Positions 50,691 through 62,911 of a stretch of 64,000 bases of DNA are shown here, piece by piece. The position numbers and the translations under genes were made by a program. The notes beneath the pieces were generated by a model. It was not told where the DNA came from and ran no database searches. It worked only from the letters and a program-made list of their open reading frames with translations. The stretch comes from Leucoraja ocellata (lineage: Eukaryota), in contig JAWMAR010000506.1 of the NCBI GenBank assembly GCA_036785375.1, positions 248,001 through 312,000 of the forward strand. The letters are read 5' to 3'. The stretch's first letter is position 1, and every line of letters begins with the position of its first letter.

Positions 50691-52187
50691 ACCCCTACAC
50701 CACCACGGCCCCACAACCCAAAATGGCGCCTATCCATGTTCTCCAGAGATGCTGCGTTAGTCCAGCACTTTGGTTTTGTTGTAAACCACCGTCTGCAGCT
50801 CCTTATGCCTTGTATACAGTCCACCAGCATCTCACCATTCTTGTTGCTGTATTGTTCTCTGCTTGCTGAGTGAAAGTAAATGAGCCATGTGCCAAGCCAA
50901 CTAATCCTTTCCTATATATAGACACAAAAAACTCAGCGGGTCAGACAGCATCTCTAGAGAAAATGAAGTGACGTTTTGGGTCAAGACCCTTTTCCTATGT
51001 TTTAAATTTACTAAAGTTGTTCATGCTATATTTCTAACTGAATAGTATTAGGATTTTTACATATTTTGATTTACGTAAATAGAAATTTTAGAAGAATTAT
51101 TTGAAGGCTACATTTAAATCGCAGCTGGAAGGTTTGTACAGTTTGATTTATTAAATGGTTTTGTTACCCCATGAGATAGTAACTTGACTCTTAATGATAC
51201 CATTGACACATTGTTTTGCCTGGCAAATTGTGAACAATACAGCTATTGAAATCTGAAAACAAGTAGACCAAATTTTTATATTTGTTAGCGCGATTAAAAT
51301 GTTGGACCCGAGATATAAAACAAATACTCTCAAGTAGTTGATTATTGTTAAAGTTTTCCAAAGCACTAATACATAGTTTGGTAAGTTTTGTCTGCCGTCT
51401 GTATCTTTAATGTATTCAGTCATTAAAATAGAAACCAAAACTGATGTTCGGGTTGTAGCACAAAATTGCACTGAAGATTTACTATTCTCGCTTTAGTAAA
51501 TTTTGGCAGAGTTGGTGATCGAAGTACATAAAATGATAGGGAAGAGAGCTACATCTAGTTTTATATGTTGATCTAGCCAAATCTCATTTGGTACTATTTT
51601 GGATGAAATTGTGTGCGGGAGGGTATTTATTGACCATGGTCATATTGCTGCTGTTGGGAGACTGTTGTGTCCAGAGCATGTTATGTTACAGCAGTGAATG
51701 CACATTAAAGATAGCTCAGTGGCTGTTAGACATTTTGATGTGTATTGGGATGATAAAAAACTTAAATGCAGCCTGTTTTTGCCTGTACTTTTTAAATGCT
51801 GGTTTATTGAGCAGTGCCAAGTTAATATCTGCACTTCTGTAATCCAGTGTGCTTGAATTCCTCTGTTGGTAGATTAGCAGGCTGTTGAAAACAGTGCTTT
51901 CTTTGTGCTTCTGTGAAGCAGAATTACTTCCATAGCTACTTGTTAATCATAGAGCATTGGTATTTGTTCACAGTTTGTTTCATGTTTAATTTATGGTGAG
52001 TTGTATTGGGAGTTTCACAAGAATACCAATTGGAGCAATTGGGAAGTTGATTCATGAATAAGTGACAACAAAAATGCATTTTTCCTGGTCTTAAAGTTTG
52101 AGACTGTCCAGTTATTTCCCTTGCCTCCGACCTGTCTTGTGCATTGTTTTACTTTAGTTAAGACCATAGTACTTTAGTAAGACCATA

Positions 52188-52880
52188 AAGCTCCTGTCCC
52201 ACTTAATTGCCCTTGGCACGCTAATTACTCGACCTCGTGGTCGCGTTGAGGCGCGACGGTCCCGCGAAGGTCGCACGTGACTTCATGCGTCCGCACAGCA
52301 GTCTGGAGCACTTGACGTCATTTGAAGATGGACACAAAATGCAGGAGTAACTCAGCAGGACTGGCAGCACCTCTGGAGAGAAGGAATGGATGATGTTTTG
52401 GTTCGAGACCCTTCTTCAATCTGAAAGAAGGGTCTTGATCCGAAACGTCACCCATTGCTTCTCTTCAGAGATGCTGTCGGTCCCGCTGAGTTACTCCAGC
52501 ATTTTGTGTCTATCTTCAATTTTTTTGGCCCCGCTCTGGGAGTAGATGTGGGGGCGGATCCGGACCGCAACGGCCGTGAGCCCCAGGCTGAGTTCGACGA
52601 TCGTTTGCCTGCTTCTGCTGCTGTTGGAGGTGAGACATTGCATCACGCCAGGGTCTTGGGCCTGTCCCACTTTGGCCGTCTGTTACGCGACAGGCCGGTG
52701 GCGCGCGAAGATTTAGTTTGCTACAAAATTTCCGTGCGCCGCGCGATATATCGCGCACAACTACATACCCCTCCGCGCTTCACAGTGGGACCGGCCCCGC
52801 ACGGCCACACAATGTCCGTGCGCTTCAACGCAACGGCGAGGTCACGTAATTTGCATGCCAAGGACACGTGAAGGGCCTTA
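52188..52880. mobile_element. Harbinger-like MITE with long imperfect TIRs, containing a palindromic PLE unit (52325-52516)
   Basis: ccttggcacgctaattactcgacctcg is inverted to cgaggtcacgtaatttgcatgccaagg. The ctgtcccact motif is shared with the 15609 MITE. Confidence 0.65.
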
Positions 52881-53184
52881 ACAACTTCAGCTCCTGTCTG
52901 TGACCAATTATTTACACGTTTCTCTCATCTCATAGCTGTAATTATTGGTCTGATGTTTTGCATACATAACGCCTCCTTTTGACTTCCATTATCCTGCTCA
53001 TGCTTTATATTCTTTCTTCAGCTACATCAGCCAAACACTTTGGATTCCTTTCCCTAAACTCTCTTTCAAATGCTCCCCAGTTTAATCTTGACTCTGGCCA
53101 CTTTCCTGAGTTGGTACTTGCAATCATTTTCATCTCTGAAATACACCTAAAAATTGTCATTACTTTAAAGACATCATGTAAGTT

Positions 53185-54430
53185 CAGCACAGCGGCGCAC
53201 CTGATAGAGCTGCTGCTTCTCAGCGCCAGAGACCCGGATTTGATCCTGACCTTGGGTGCTGTCTGTATGGAGTTTGCACTTTCTCCCAGTAACTGCAAGG
53301 GTTTCCTCCGGGTGCTCCCAAAGATGTGCGAGTTTATAGGTTAATTGGCCTCTGTAAAATTGCGCTTGGTGGATAGCGAGTGGATGAGAAAGTGGGATAA
53401 CATTGAACTAGTGTGAAAGGGTGATCGATGGCCATTGGGAACTCTGGGGGCCATGGGCGGAAATCCCGGGTGGGATGTGCCCCTCCCATGCTTTGAGAGG
53501 TGGGGGACAATCCCCCCCCCCCCCCATGTTTTGTAATCCGCATTTTGAAATTTGGTGAAAAAAAAATCTATTAAAATCTCCGCTTTCCACGAGACAGTGG
53601 GGGTGTCACTGTTAAGCGTTTGTTAAATGTTTCTATTAACATCATATTAACACGATGTGTCACCAATTGTGTTTTGATCTTCAAGTATTACTGAAGGTAT
53701 TTACGGAGAATTTCTTAAAGCTGTATGACGCGGGTACAATTACCATTTGAACTAATTGGATGTATTGGTGGGTGGGAAAGATTTAAACGGGTATCGGATT
53801 TAAATGGGTCAGGTCATTAAAGGCTCCGGTCGAACAGGTTTCCTGGCTGACCTGCAGATAAGTCCCTCATTCACGCTCACTCACGTTATTTAGTTTTTTT
53901 TCCCATCTCTCTCTCTCTCTCCCCCCCTCCAAGGATGGTTCTTCTGTTTGCCTTTATTTGCTTCAGTTTTATTTGCTTAAGTGTAATTTATCACATTGTA
54001 GCTTTTGAAAGATTCAAGCGGGTATCAGACGCTTTCTAAGGGCTGAATCGACCCGTTCGCGGGGCCATTCATCGCCCGGCGCGGCTTAAAATCGGCTGCA
54101 GAATCTCCCATCGCCCCGAGGTCAGGCAGTCAAATTGCTGCGCCAAGGCAATCAAGGCTCCCGGTGTTGAAGCCACCGCCAGCCGATTTTAAGCCGCACC
54201 GGGCGATGAAAGGCCCCCAAACGGGCCAATTCAAGCCCCACAATTCAGGGCGGATGAAGCTGCTGTTATTGGAAGTCGGAATGAGTCGCCAACCAGGTGA
54301 GTTCCCGATGTAACCGTCCACAGGGCCCACGGCCGAAGACTCGCGGCCACCAAGAAATTGGGTCCCCCCCATGTTTTTATAGCGATTTCTGCCCCCTTCA
54401 GCAGGGTCTGTTTCCATGGTGTATCTCTAA
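53185..54430 (+). mobile_element. HE1 SINE split by a hAT-like element (~53451-54398)
   Basis: SINE body at 53185-53450 resumes at ~54400 (gggtctgtttccatggtgtatctctaa). Inserted element ends are gggcggaaatc and gatttctgccc. Confidence 0.65.
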
Positions 54431-54622
54431 CCTATATTCAATTATTGTATTCTATTTGTTAAAATAAATAAATTTTAACTGCTGGGTCTTCCATGCATTG
54501 ATGTAACATTTAATGTAAATTTTTGTAGCTAAGAGAAGTTGAAGAGTTTCCTAAGACATTAGCATGTTACATTTTGGAATTAGACAATAGACATTTATCA
54601 TTTATTATTATTTTTGTTTCAG

Positions 54623-54755
54623 ACCATAGGTTATGATCCAATAATTCCTGCTGAGGTGGTAGCTAAATTTGGAGTAGAATTCGTGTCCCTGGACTATCTC
54701 TGGCCACATTCTGACTTCATCACAGTTCATACACCTTTAATGCCATCTACTGAAG
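54623..54755 (+). CDS. PHGDH: PHGDH exon 6
   Basis: tttcag| acceptor, [45 protein letters not shown]|gtaaat donor; 133 nt. Confidence 0.96.
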
Positions 54756-56810
54756 GTAAATATTGATGCCACCAACATTGCACGTTGCTCAGAAAGGGTC
54801 TTTTTGTGATACCTGAGGAACTACTTCCCTTAGTGGAAACTGAATACGTCAGTCACTCAGGTAGCACCAGTACACCTAGTGGATTCTAATATTAAGGACT
54901 CTGCTCGTATATATTCAAATCCTTCAAACAGTTTAAGTCTGAATGAAAGAGAAACATTGAAAAGCACTGGAAATTGTATACTGGAAGTGCACAATATGTT
55001 GGTCATCCATGCAAAGATGGAGGAGGATGGTTAGTGTTCTGGTCATGGTGCAGTTCCAAAGTGTTAACTTGTTGATTAGCAAGATTCCTACTATCAATAC
55101 TTATACCCAACTAGCTGCAAGTTGAGACAAATTTTGAGAAACTCAAGACTAAGAAGGTTATCTGATTGCACGAGAAATGAAGAGGAACAGAAAGCAGTAG
55201 CTATTTAGATAAGGGATTTTAGAAGTTTAATATTGGTAGGGAAAAAAAGGGGTTACTGAGATGCACAATTTTGAAAATGCGCGCAATTAGTGGATGTCGT
55301 GATAAATCTGGGGAATGGACTTTGAATAAACCCTGAAGATATAGACACAATTGTGCATGTGCAATTCAAAAAAATGAATTTGTGTTTAGGATCATCAACC
55401 ACATTAGCATCAGTAAATACCAGTGACAGAAAGGGAGCTTTCATTGAAACTGAAATAAGGAGGGAAACAAGAAATTGCAGTTTTCCGAAATCTGAAACAA
55501 CAGGAGATGTTGGAAATGTTTAGCAGCTCAGGCAGCGCCACTGGACAGAGAAACAGCTAATATTTTCACTCAATTAAATTTAATTACAATGGGAATTGCA
55601 TTGTTAACCAGAAGATTTTTCTTGCCTTGTTCACTGGTGTGTGCGAAGTGCAGGTGACATGGGGCAACATGAGGCATTGCCTTCACATCCATCCATTCTC
55701 AAATAACCATTATCAATGTTACGGGAAGGTGCATCCATGTGTGTATGTTTCGTATGTTCCTCTAGAAATTATCAAATTCTAATTTATTTGTGTCTCAGGA
55801 ACTAAAAGTTTTCATTGTCCATCAGTACATTATTGTTGAAATCCAAATGCACATTAGCTGCAATGCCACAGGAAGTTTGCAGGTAACTTGTAACAATGGA
55901 TACAATTCAAAGAAGTTGAAGAAAATGGAAAATAAAATTCCAGTGGTGGGCAGGACAAAGTTCTTCAGACTGATGTCAGAAGAGGGGGCGGGACAGAGTT
56001 CTTTGTCCCTCCCCCTCCCCGGAAATCAGCCTGAAGAAGGATCTCAACCCGAAACGTCACCCATTCCTTCTCTCCAGAGATGCTGCCTCACCGCTGAGTT
56101 ACTCCAGCATTTTGTGTTCCCAAATCATGCCGTGATGCATCCCGTTACGGGCAATATCAGTTCCATCACTTCAGGACCCGACATTCCCTCTCTCTCTATC
56201 CCTCCCCCACCCAAGTCACACTAGCTTCTCATTTTCACCCTTTAGCTTACAATGACCTGTTTCCTTTATCATCGTTACTTTTTTTGAATATCTTTCATTC
56301 ATTGTTCTTTATCTCTCCACATCACCGTCTATATCTCTCGTTTCCCTTATCCCTAAACAGTCTGAAGGAGGGTCTCTACCCAAAACATCAGCCATTCCTT
56401 TTCTCCAGAGATGCTGCCTGTCCCGCTGAGTTACTCCAACTTTTTGTGTTTATCTTTGGTTTAAACCAGCATCTGCAGTTCCTTCTTACACATCAGTTTA
56501 TTCACCTTCAATCTAGATTCATTTGTTGTGTTTGATCAAAGTTTTGGTAATCTACTCTTTTATCTCATGACAACCTTTATACTTTCATGAAAAACCTTGT
56601 GGTATGTAATGATAAACATTTTCCAATATATTCTGCTTTCTGTACGACTTTCAAAAGTCGTTATAATTACACTTAAACATGATGTGTTTTCGTGTTATAG
56701 GCTCTGTGTATATATATTTTAAATCCAAGTTGAGTATGGTGTATATTTTAGCTGTTTATCAAATCTTAACAAAATGACCTGCTGATTTTGTCTTGTATGT
56801 TTACATTTAG

Positions 56811-56959
56811 GATTGCTGAATGATGAAACCTTTGCCAAATGTAAAAAAGGAGTGAAGGTTATCAACTGTGCCCGAGGAGGTATTATTGATGAGAATGCAT
56901 TGCTTCGAGCAATGGAATCTGGACAGTGTGGTGGTGCTGCATTAGATGTATTTGTGGAG
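56811..56959 (+). CDS. PHGDH: PHGDH exon 7
   Basis: atttag| acceptor, (G)[49 protein letters not shown], |gtatac donor; 149 nt. Confidence 0.97.
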
Positions 56960-58808
56960 GTATACGCCAATTGTCTATCGCATTGTCTTCCATGATAACC
57001 TTGCGTAGGTGTAATGATAAAACATTTCTGATATACTCTGCATTCTGTAAGGAATTGGAAGAACAATTACTTTAATTGCACGTCTATAGTGACATATTAT
57101 AAAGAAGCATCTCAAGACTTCAGTGAATATCCTTGAGAGATACATAATATGGAGGTATATTTAACTTACTAGCAGCAGCAGGACGTACTTTGTATTTGGC
57201 CAAGAATCATAAGACCATTAGTCATAGGAGCAGAATTAGGTCATTCGGCTCATCAAGTCTACTCCACCATTCAATTATGGCCGATCTATATATTGCCTCA
57301 ACCTCTAACTTACATACTAATTGAGAGTATCAATTGAGAAATAAAGCTGTATTTTACAAACAAGTTATGCACAAATCGATTGAATTATCATATTGGTCAA
57401 AGTGCATTGGTTGAGATAATCTTGGATTAATTCCTAGAACAATGTCATAGACAGGGAAAAGATGACTTTAGATTTGGTCATTTACAGTCTGATTTTAGTT
57501 GGTCCACAAAGGGACACAGTGCTGGAGTAACTCAGCAGGTCAGGCAGCATCTCCGGAGAGATCCCTTAATGTCTAAAATTCTATTATTCCTCTTCTTGCA
57601 AATAGTCAAAGACTGAATCACTACAACCCTCTTATTGAGCATGCTGAAGATTTCCTGGGACAGCTCTGATTATTTCATGTACAGGTGCTCTGTGTTTTCA
57701 AGTGAGTTGTCCTGATATGCTTTGCCTTTCGTGGTTGTGGGAAACGGCATATATGTGCCTCCATACATTCAATATAAAAGGATTGCTTCTCCAATAGAAT
57801 TGGAATTATTTTCCTTGAAAAGAAAGTCACATAATTTACTGTGGTTTTAAACCAAGCCTTTCCATTGGTATGAACATTGAATTCTCCAATCAACCCCCCT
57901 TCATCAATCTATCTATCTACCCTTACAGCATAGAAACAGGCTAACAAGCCCAACTTTCATTTTTTAATATCACGTGTACCAAGGTACAATTAAAAGCTTT
58001 TTGTTGCATTCTATCCAGTCAAAGAAAAGACTATACATGATTCACAATGCACAGATCAAAGAGTGGAGCGATTGTAATGTATGATAGCAGATCCTCTTCT
58101 GGGACCAACACACAGAGAATCCACTGGCTTCGGTGCCATCTTGGCTTGACCCAACTTGCCCATGCTGACTAAAATGTCCCATTTGCCCACATATGGACCA
58201 TATCCCTCTAAACTGTCCAAATGTCTTTTACATGGTGTTTATTGTACAAGTCTCCACTATCTCTAATATATAGATATATATATATATTTCCTTCCCTCTA
58301 TTTTTCCTGTGCCTCATCTGGATGTGCACCCATTTCTCCCCTTCCCCTTGCACCCATATTCCTGCCTATGGCTTCACAATTTGCACCTCTTCTATCCCTA
58401 CCTCACTTTTTGTCTTTTTGTCTCTGGCGTTTGTCCAACCATTTGCCTACTACCCCTTCCCCTCCCACCTGTATCACTTGTCAGGCTTTGTCCTGCCCCT
58501 CCTCTCCTCCAGCCCCCCACCACCCCCCCCCCCTCCCTCCCGCCCACACCACAATCAGTCTGAGGAAAGGTCCCAACCTGAAACATCACCTATCCATGTT
58601 CTCCAGAGATGCTGCCTGACCTGTCAAATTACTCCAGCACTTTGTACCCTTTCCATTGTTATCCCAGTTTAAGTTTGTAAAGCTTTGAAGTTCTTTGTCA
58701 GCAGTTAATGCTAGAGTCTAGGCTGAAGCAATGTTCAATGTTCAAGCACAATTGAAAGGTCTTGAAGTACTGTTTTCCCAGTGTTTTCTATTTTTACATT
58801 GTTTTCAG

Positions 58809-58961
58809 GAACCACCCAAGAATCTCTGTCTCGTGAATCATCCGAATGTAATTGCCTGTCCACATCTGGGAGCGAGTACCTATGAAGCCCAGGAACGCTG
58901 TGGCAAGGATATTGCAGCTCAAATTGTGGACATGGTGAAGGGCAGCTCATTGGTTGGAGTG
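58809..58961 (+). CDS. PHGDH: PHGDH exon 8 (catalytic His in PHLGAST)
   Basis: tttcag| acceptor, [51 protein letters not shown], |gtatgt donor; 153 nt. Confidence 0.97.
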
Positions 58962-60080
58962 GTATGTAATTCTGCCATTATTGCTTTTTGAAATTGATCA
59001 TTTAAAAAAAAAATGCTTACAAAAAGGCTAATATTAAACCAGAATATCACTAGATCAAAAGATAGACACCAAGTGCTTGAGTAACTCAGTGGGTTCGGCA
59101 GCTTCTCTGGAAAAAAGAAATAGGTGATGTTTTGGGTCGGAACCCTTCTTCAGACTGAAAGATAGAGAAGGCCAGAACAAAACATGGTCGGTAACAGATA
59201 ACCACAAGAAGGGTGGAGTCCATAATAGCCCATGGTTGGCTGGGGAAGATGTGCTAAAGACAGGGATACAAGGATGCGAACAGTGGAACAAGTAGGATGA
59301 CTAGGGTGGTGAAGAGAGGGGGGTGGGGGAAGACCATGTGAGTTTTCTCTGGGTTCCTCAGTTTCCTCCCATATTCCAAAGACATGCAGGTTTGCAGGTT
59401 AATTGGCATCTGTAAATTGCCCTTAGTGTATAGGCTGCAAAACTGAGATAACATGGAACTTGTGTACAGGTGATCATTGGTAGGACTGGTGTAGATGGAG
59501 CATCTTGGATGGCATGGGCAAGTTAGCCAGAAGGGCCTGTTTCCTTGCTTTATGACTTTATGACTGTGAGTCAACTTAGAAATTCTGAGTCTGATTTGGT
59601 TGTTGTGGACTTGGTGTTTCCACGCTGTAACTAAATTAAATGAAATTACAGTAATAGAAATAGCCAAATGAGGTTGAATTCAGAATAAGAGTATGTGGGA
59701 GCGACTCTGGGGAAAGGCTGTGAAGAAGTGATTGTTTCAGAGAAGGTAAACACAAAATGCTGGAGTACCTCAGCGGGGCCAGGCAGCAGCATCTCTGGAG
59801 AAAAGGAATGGGTGACATTTTGGGTCGAGACCCTTCTTCAGACTGAGGTTGTTTCAGGGGTCTGATTGCAAAATGAACTTGTGGTTTATTTAGAACAAAG
59901 GATACTATTCAATTGAAAAAATGCAGCAGAACTTAGCAAAAATGATTTGCTATGACATTGTGAACTTCTACAATTAGCCCTATATTCTGTAAGGGTGTGC
60001 ATCCTTTTGCATATCATGATTGCATTATACTTTCCCAAAGTTATTGGGTGGATGGCTGTCTGACATTTATCCTTGGTTAG

Positions 60081-60219
60081 ATCAATGCCCGGGCTCTGAG
60101 CCACGCTGTGATTCCTGAATCAAAACCTTGGATCCAACTCGGGGAAGCGTTGGGAATGGTGGCAAAAGCATTTGCTGGGCAAGTAAACAGTCAAACAAAT
60201 GTGCAAGTTGCAACAGTAG
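60081..60219 (+). CDS. PHGDH: PHGDH exon 9
   Basis: ggttag| acceptor, INARALSHAVIPESKPWIQLGEALGMVAKAFAGQVNSQTNVQVATV, G|gtgagt donor; 139 nt. Confidence 0.93.
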
Positions 60220-60994
60220 GTGAGTGCCACAATTCACCTTTTGTTTTGAGAGTTTTTTCAGCGTTTCATGGAGGGAGTCTGGTAATGACTGAGAAGGAAT
60301 CTGTGGTCAGTGAGTGTTTAAGGGGAATGAATAAAGGGGAATATAACGTGACCAGGGTGATCTCTCCATATGAGGAATAAGGCCCAAACGCAGGCAGGTG
60401 GGACTAGTGTAGATCTTGGTCGGCATGGGCAAATTGGAATGAAGGGCCTGTTTACGTTCTGTATGACTCTGAGTCCACTTAGAAACTAAAGCTTGATTTG
60501 GTCAGACTCTAAGCACAATACAATGTTCTACTTGTTAATATTTGGGTTTGGGTTATCAATCCTTCTCACCGTTTATCATTAACTTATCTGTGGGCTTTGC
60601 AGCAACTCAAGTTATTAAATTAACAGTGTAGTTGTAGAATAAATTAATCTGGGATATCAAATCAGGGATTTAATTGGGGAATTGGATAGTTACTAATGGG
60701 AAATATAGTTTGTAGAGCAAGGCAATGGGACTAACAAGATTGCTGTTCAAAGCCAGCGTAAATCTGGTGGCTGAATCTTTTGTTCCAACACAAACTTTGA
60801 TTCTTCATCCAGAGAATAGTTTTACTCTCTGAAATGGAACAAGATTCTGGATGATTAGAAAAGCAATATGTATTGCGGTGTCGAGCAATCATGCAATATT
60901 TCTGACAAAGCAGGTAGCTGTTTATTGTTTTGATTTAGCTGCCAGTGCTTGAACAAGGCAAAAGTATATTGAGTCAATGGTTGCATCATAACTT

Positions 60995-61480
60995 GCTCAA
61001 GACAGCAAGAAATTGCAAAGAGCTATGGATGTAGTCCACTCCATCACACAAACCAGACTCCCCACCACCGACGTCATCTACATTTAACGATGCATCGGAA
61101 AGGCAGCCAATATAATCAAAGACCCATTCCTCCTCCTCCCTGCTCCTATCAGGCAATAGATACAGAAGCTTGAAATTGCGCACGTTAAGACTCAGGAAGA
61201 GCTTCTTCCCCTCTTTTATCAGTCATCTGAACAGTGTTACCATATGCTAGGGTACTGTCCCAGTTATCTCTACCCCATTGGAGACCTTGGACTTTTTATA
61301 TGGAACAGATGCACTAAAATGCTGAGAACTATATTCTGCACTCTGTATCTTCCCCTTTACTTTACCTATTGTACTTGAGTTTGAGTTGATTGTATTTATG
61401 TACAGTATTATCTGATTTGATTGAACCAAGCTTTTCACTCTGCCTCGGTATACATAACAATAATAAACCTAAACCTATAT
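60995..61480 (+). mobile_element. Rex1/Babar-type LINE 3' end
   Basis: LLLSGNRYRSLK...RLRKSFFP-like motif and a tttcactctgcctcggta...aataaacctaaacct tail. Confidence 0.7.
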
Positions 61481-61781
61481 ATGACCTATTGCTGTTTGAC
61501 TTCCAGTGTAGTTTATTTTAGTTTATTGTCACGTGTACCGTGGTATAGTGAAGATTTTTGTTGCATGCTATACAATCAGTGGAAAGACTATACATGATTA
61601 CAATGGAGATGTCCACTGTGTACAGATAAAGGATAAAAGCAATAACATAAAATGCAAATCTAAATGACACACGTTGCATTAATAAAATATTTGCTTCACG
61701 TGCAAAGCTGAAACTATGAGATCATAAAGAGTGAAAGTAATATGACATGTTCAAATATTACATTTCTATTTTATTTTTAAG

Positions 61782-61909
61782 GTTTGTCTCTGACAAATAC
61801 TGGGCATTGTATTGCCACAGCTGTGACCCTGGGGCTGCTTAAAGGAGATTCGGAAAACCATGTCAACCTTATCAATGCTTCCTTACTTGCAAAAGAAACA
61901 GGAGTGACT
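61782..61909 (+). CDS. PHGDH: PHGDH exon 10 (gene continues beyond window end)
   Basis: ttttaag| acceptor, (G)LSLTNTGHCIATAVTLGLLKGDSENHVNLINASLLAKETGVT, |gtgagt donor; 128 nt. Confidence 0.93.
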
Positions 61910-61984
61910 GTGAGTTGTCTTGGAATTTATTTTGTAAATATGTGACCATTGTTGTAATTAACTCATTTGAATTTGATTTGCCAA

Positions 61985-62580
61985 AAGTTCATAAATTATA
62001 GGAGCAGTGTCTGAAGGGTCTCGACCAGAAATGTCACCCATTCCTTCTCTCCAGAGATGCTTCCTGTCCCGCTAAGTTACTCCAGCTTTTTGTGTCTATT
62101 ATAGGAGCAGAATTAGGCCATTCAGCCCATCAAGTCTACTCTGCCATTCAATCCTGGCTGATCTATCATCCTTTCTCAACCCCATTCTCTTGCCTTTTCC
62201 CCATAACCCGAGACACCGGAACGAATCAAGAATCTGTCATTAAAAATATCCATTGACTTGGGGTCTACATCCTTCTGTGTCAATGAATTCCACAGATTCA
62301 TCACCCTCTGACAAAATAAATTCCTCCATCTCCTTTATGCCTTTTATTCGGAGGCTATGGGCTCTGGTTCTAGACTCTCCCACCAGTGGAAACATCCTCT
62401 CCACATCCACTCTATCCAGGCCTTTCACTATTCAGTAAGTTTTAATTAGGTCCCCTCTCATTCTTCTAAACGCCAGCGAGTATAGGCCCAGTGCCGTCAA
62501 ACGCTCATAAAATGTTAATCCAATCATTCCTGGGATCATTCTCGTAAACCTCTGGACCCACATCCTCCCTCAGGTATGGG
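61985..62580 (-). mobile_element. CR1 3' end with an inserted PLE repeat (62008-62097, 13-bp TSD attataggagcag)
   Basis: KGLDRVDVERMFPLVGESRTRAHSL; TSD at 61995-62007 and 62098-62110. Confidence 0.8.
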
Positions 62581-62911
62581 GACTACACTTACTGTTATGG
62601 ACATAGCCCAGACCATCATGCAAACCAACCTCCCTTACATGGACTCCATTTACACGTCACATTGCCTCAGCAAACCACCAGCATAATCAAGGACCAATCT
62701 CACCTGGTCACTCCCTCTCCTCTCCTCTCCCATCAAGCAAGAGGTAAAGATTCAGATTCGGGGTCAATTTCTTCCCAGCTGTTATCAGGCAACTGAAATG
62801 TCTCTCACCCGCTGGAGAGCGGCCCTGACCTCCCATCTCCCAAATTGGAGACCTTCGAAATATCTTTAACGGACTTAATCTTACACCAAATGTTATACCT
62901 TTTATCCTATA

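Noticed and set aside
57008-57036. SECIS element (ATGA...AA...GA)
   Set aside because: It is intronic, the helix II spacing is too short, and the PHGDH exons in this window have no in-frame TGA.
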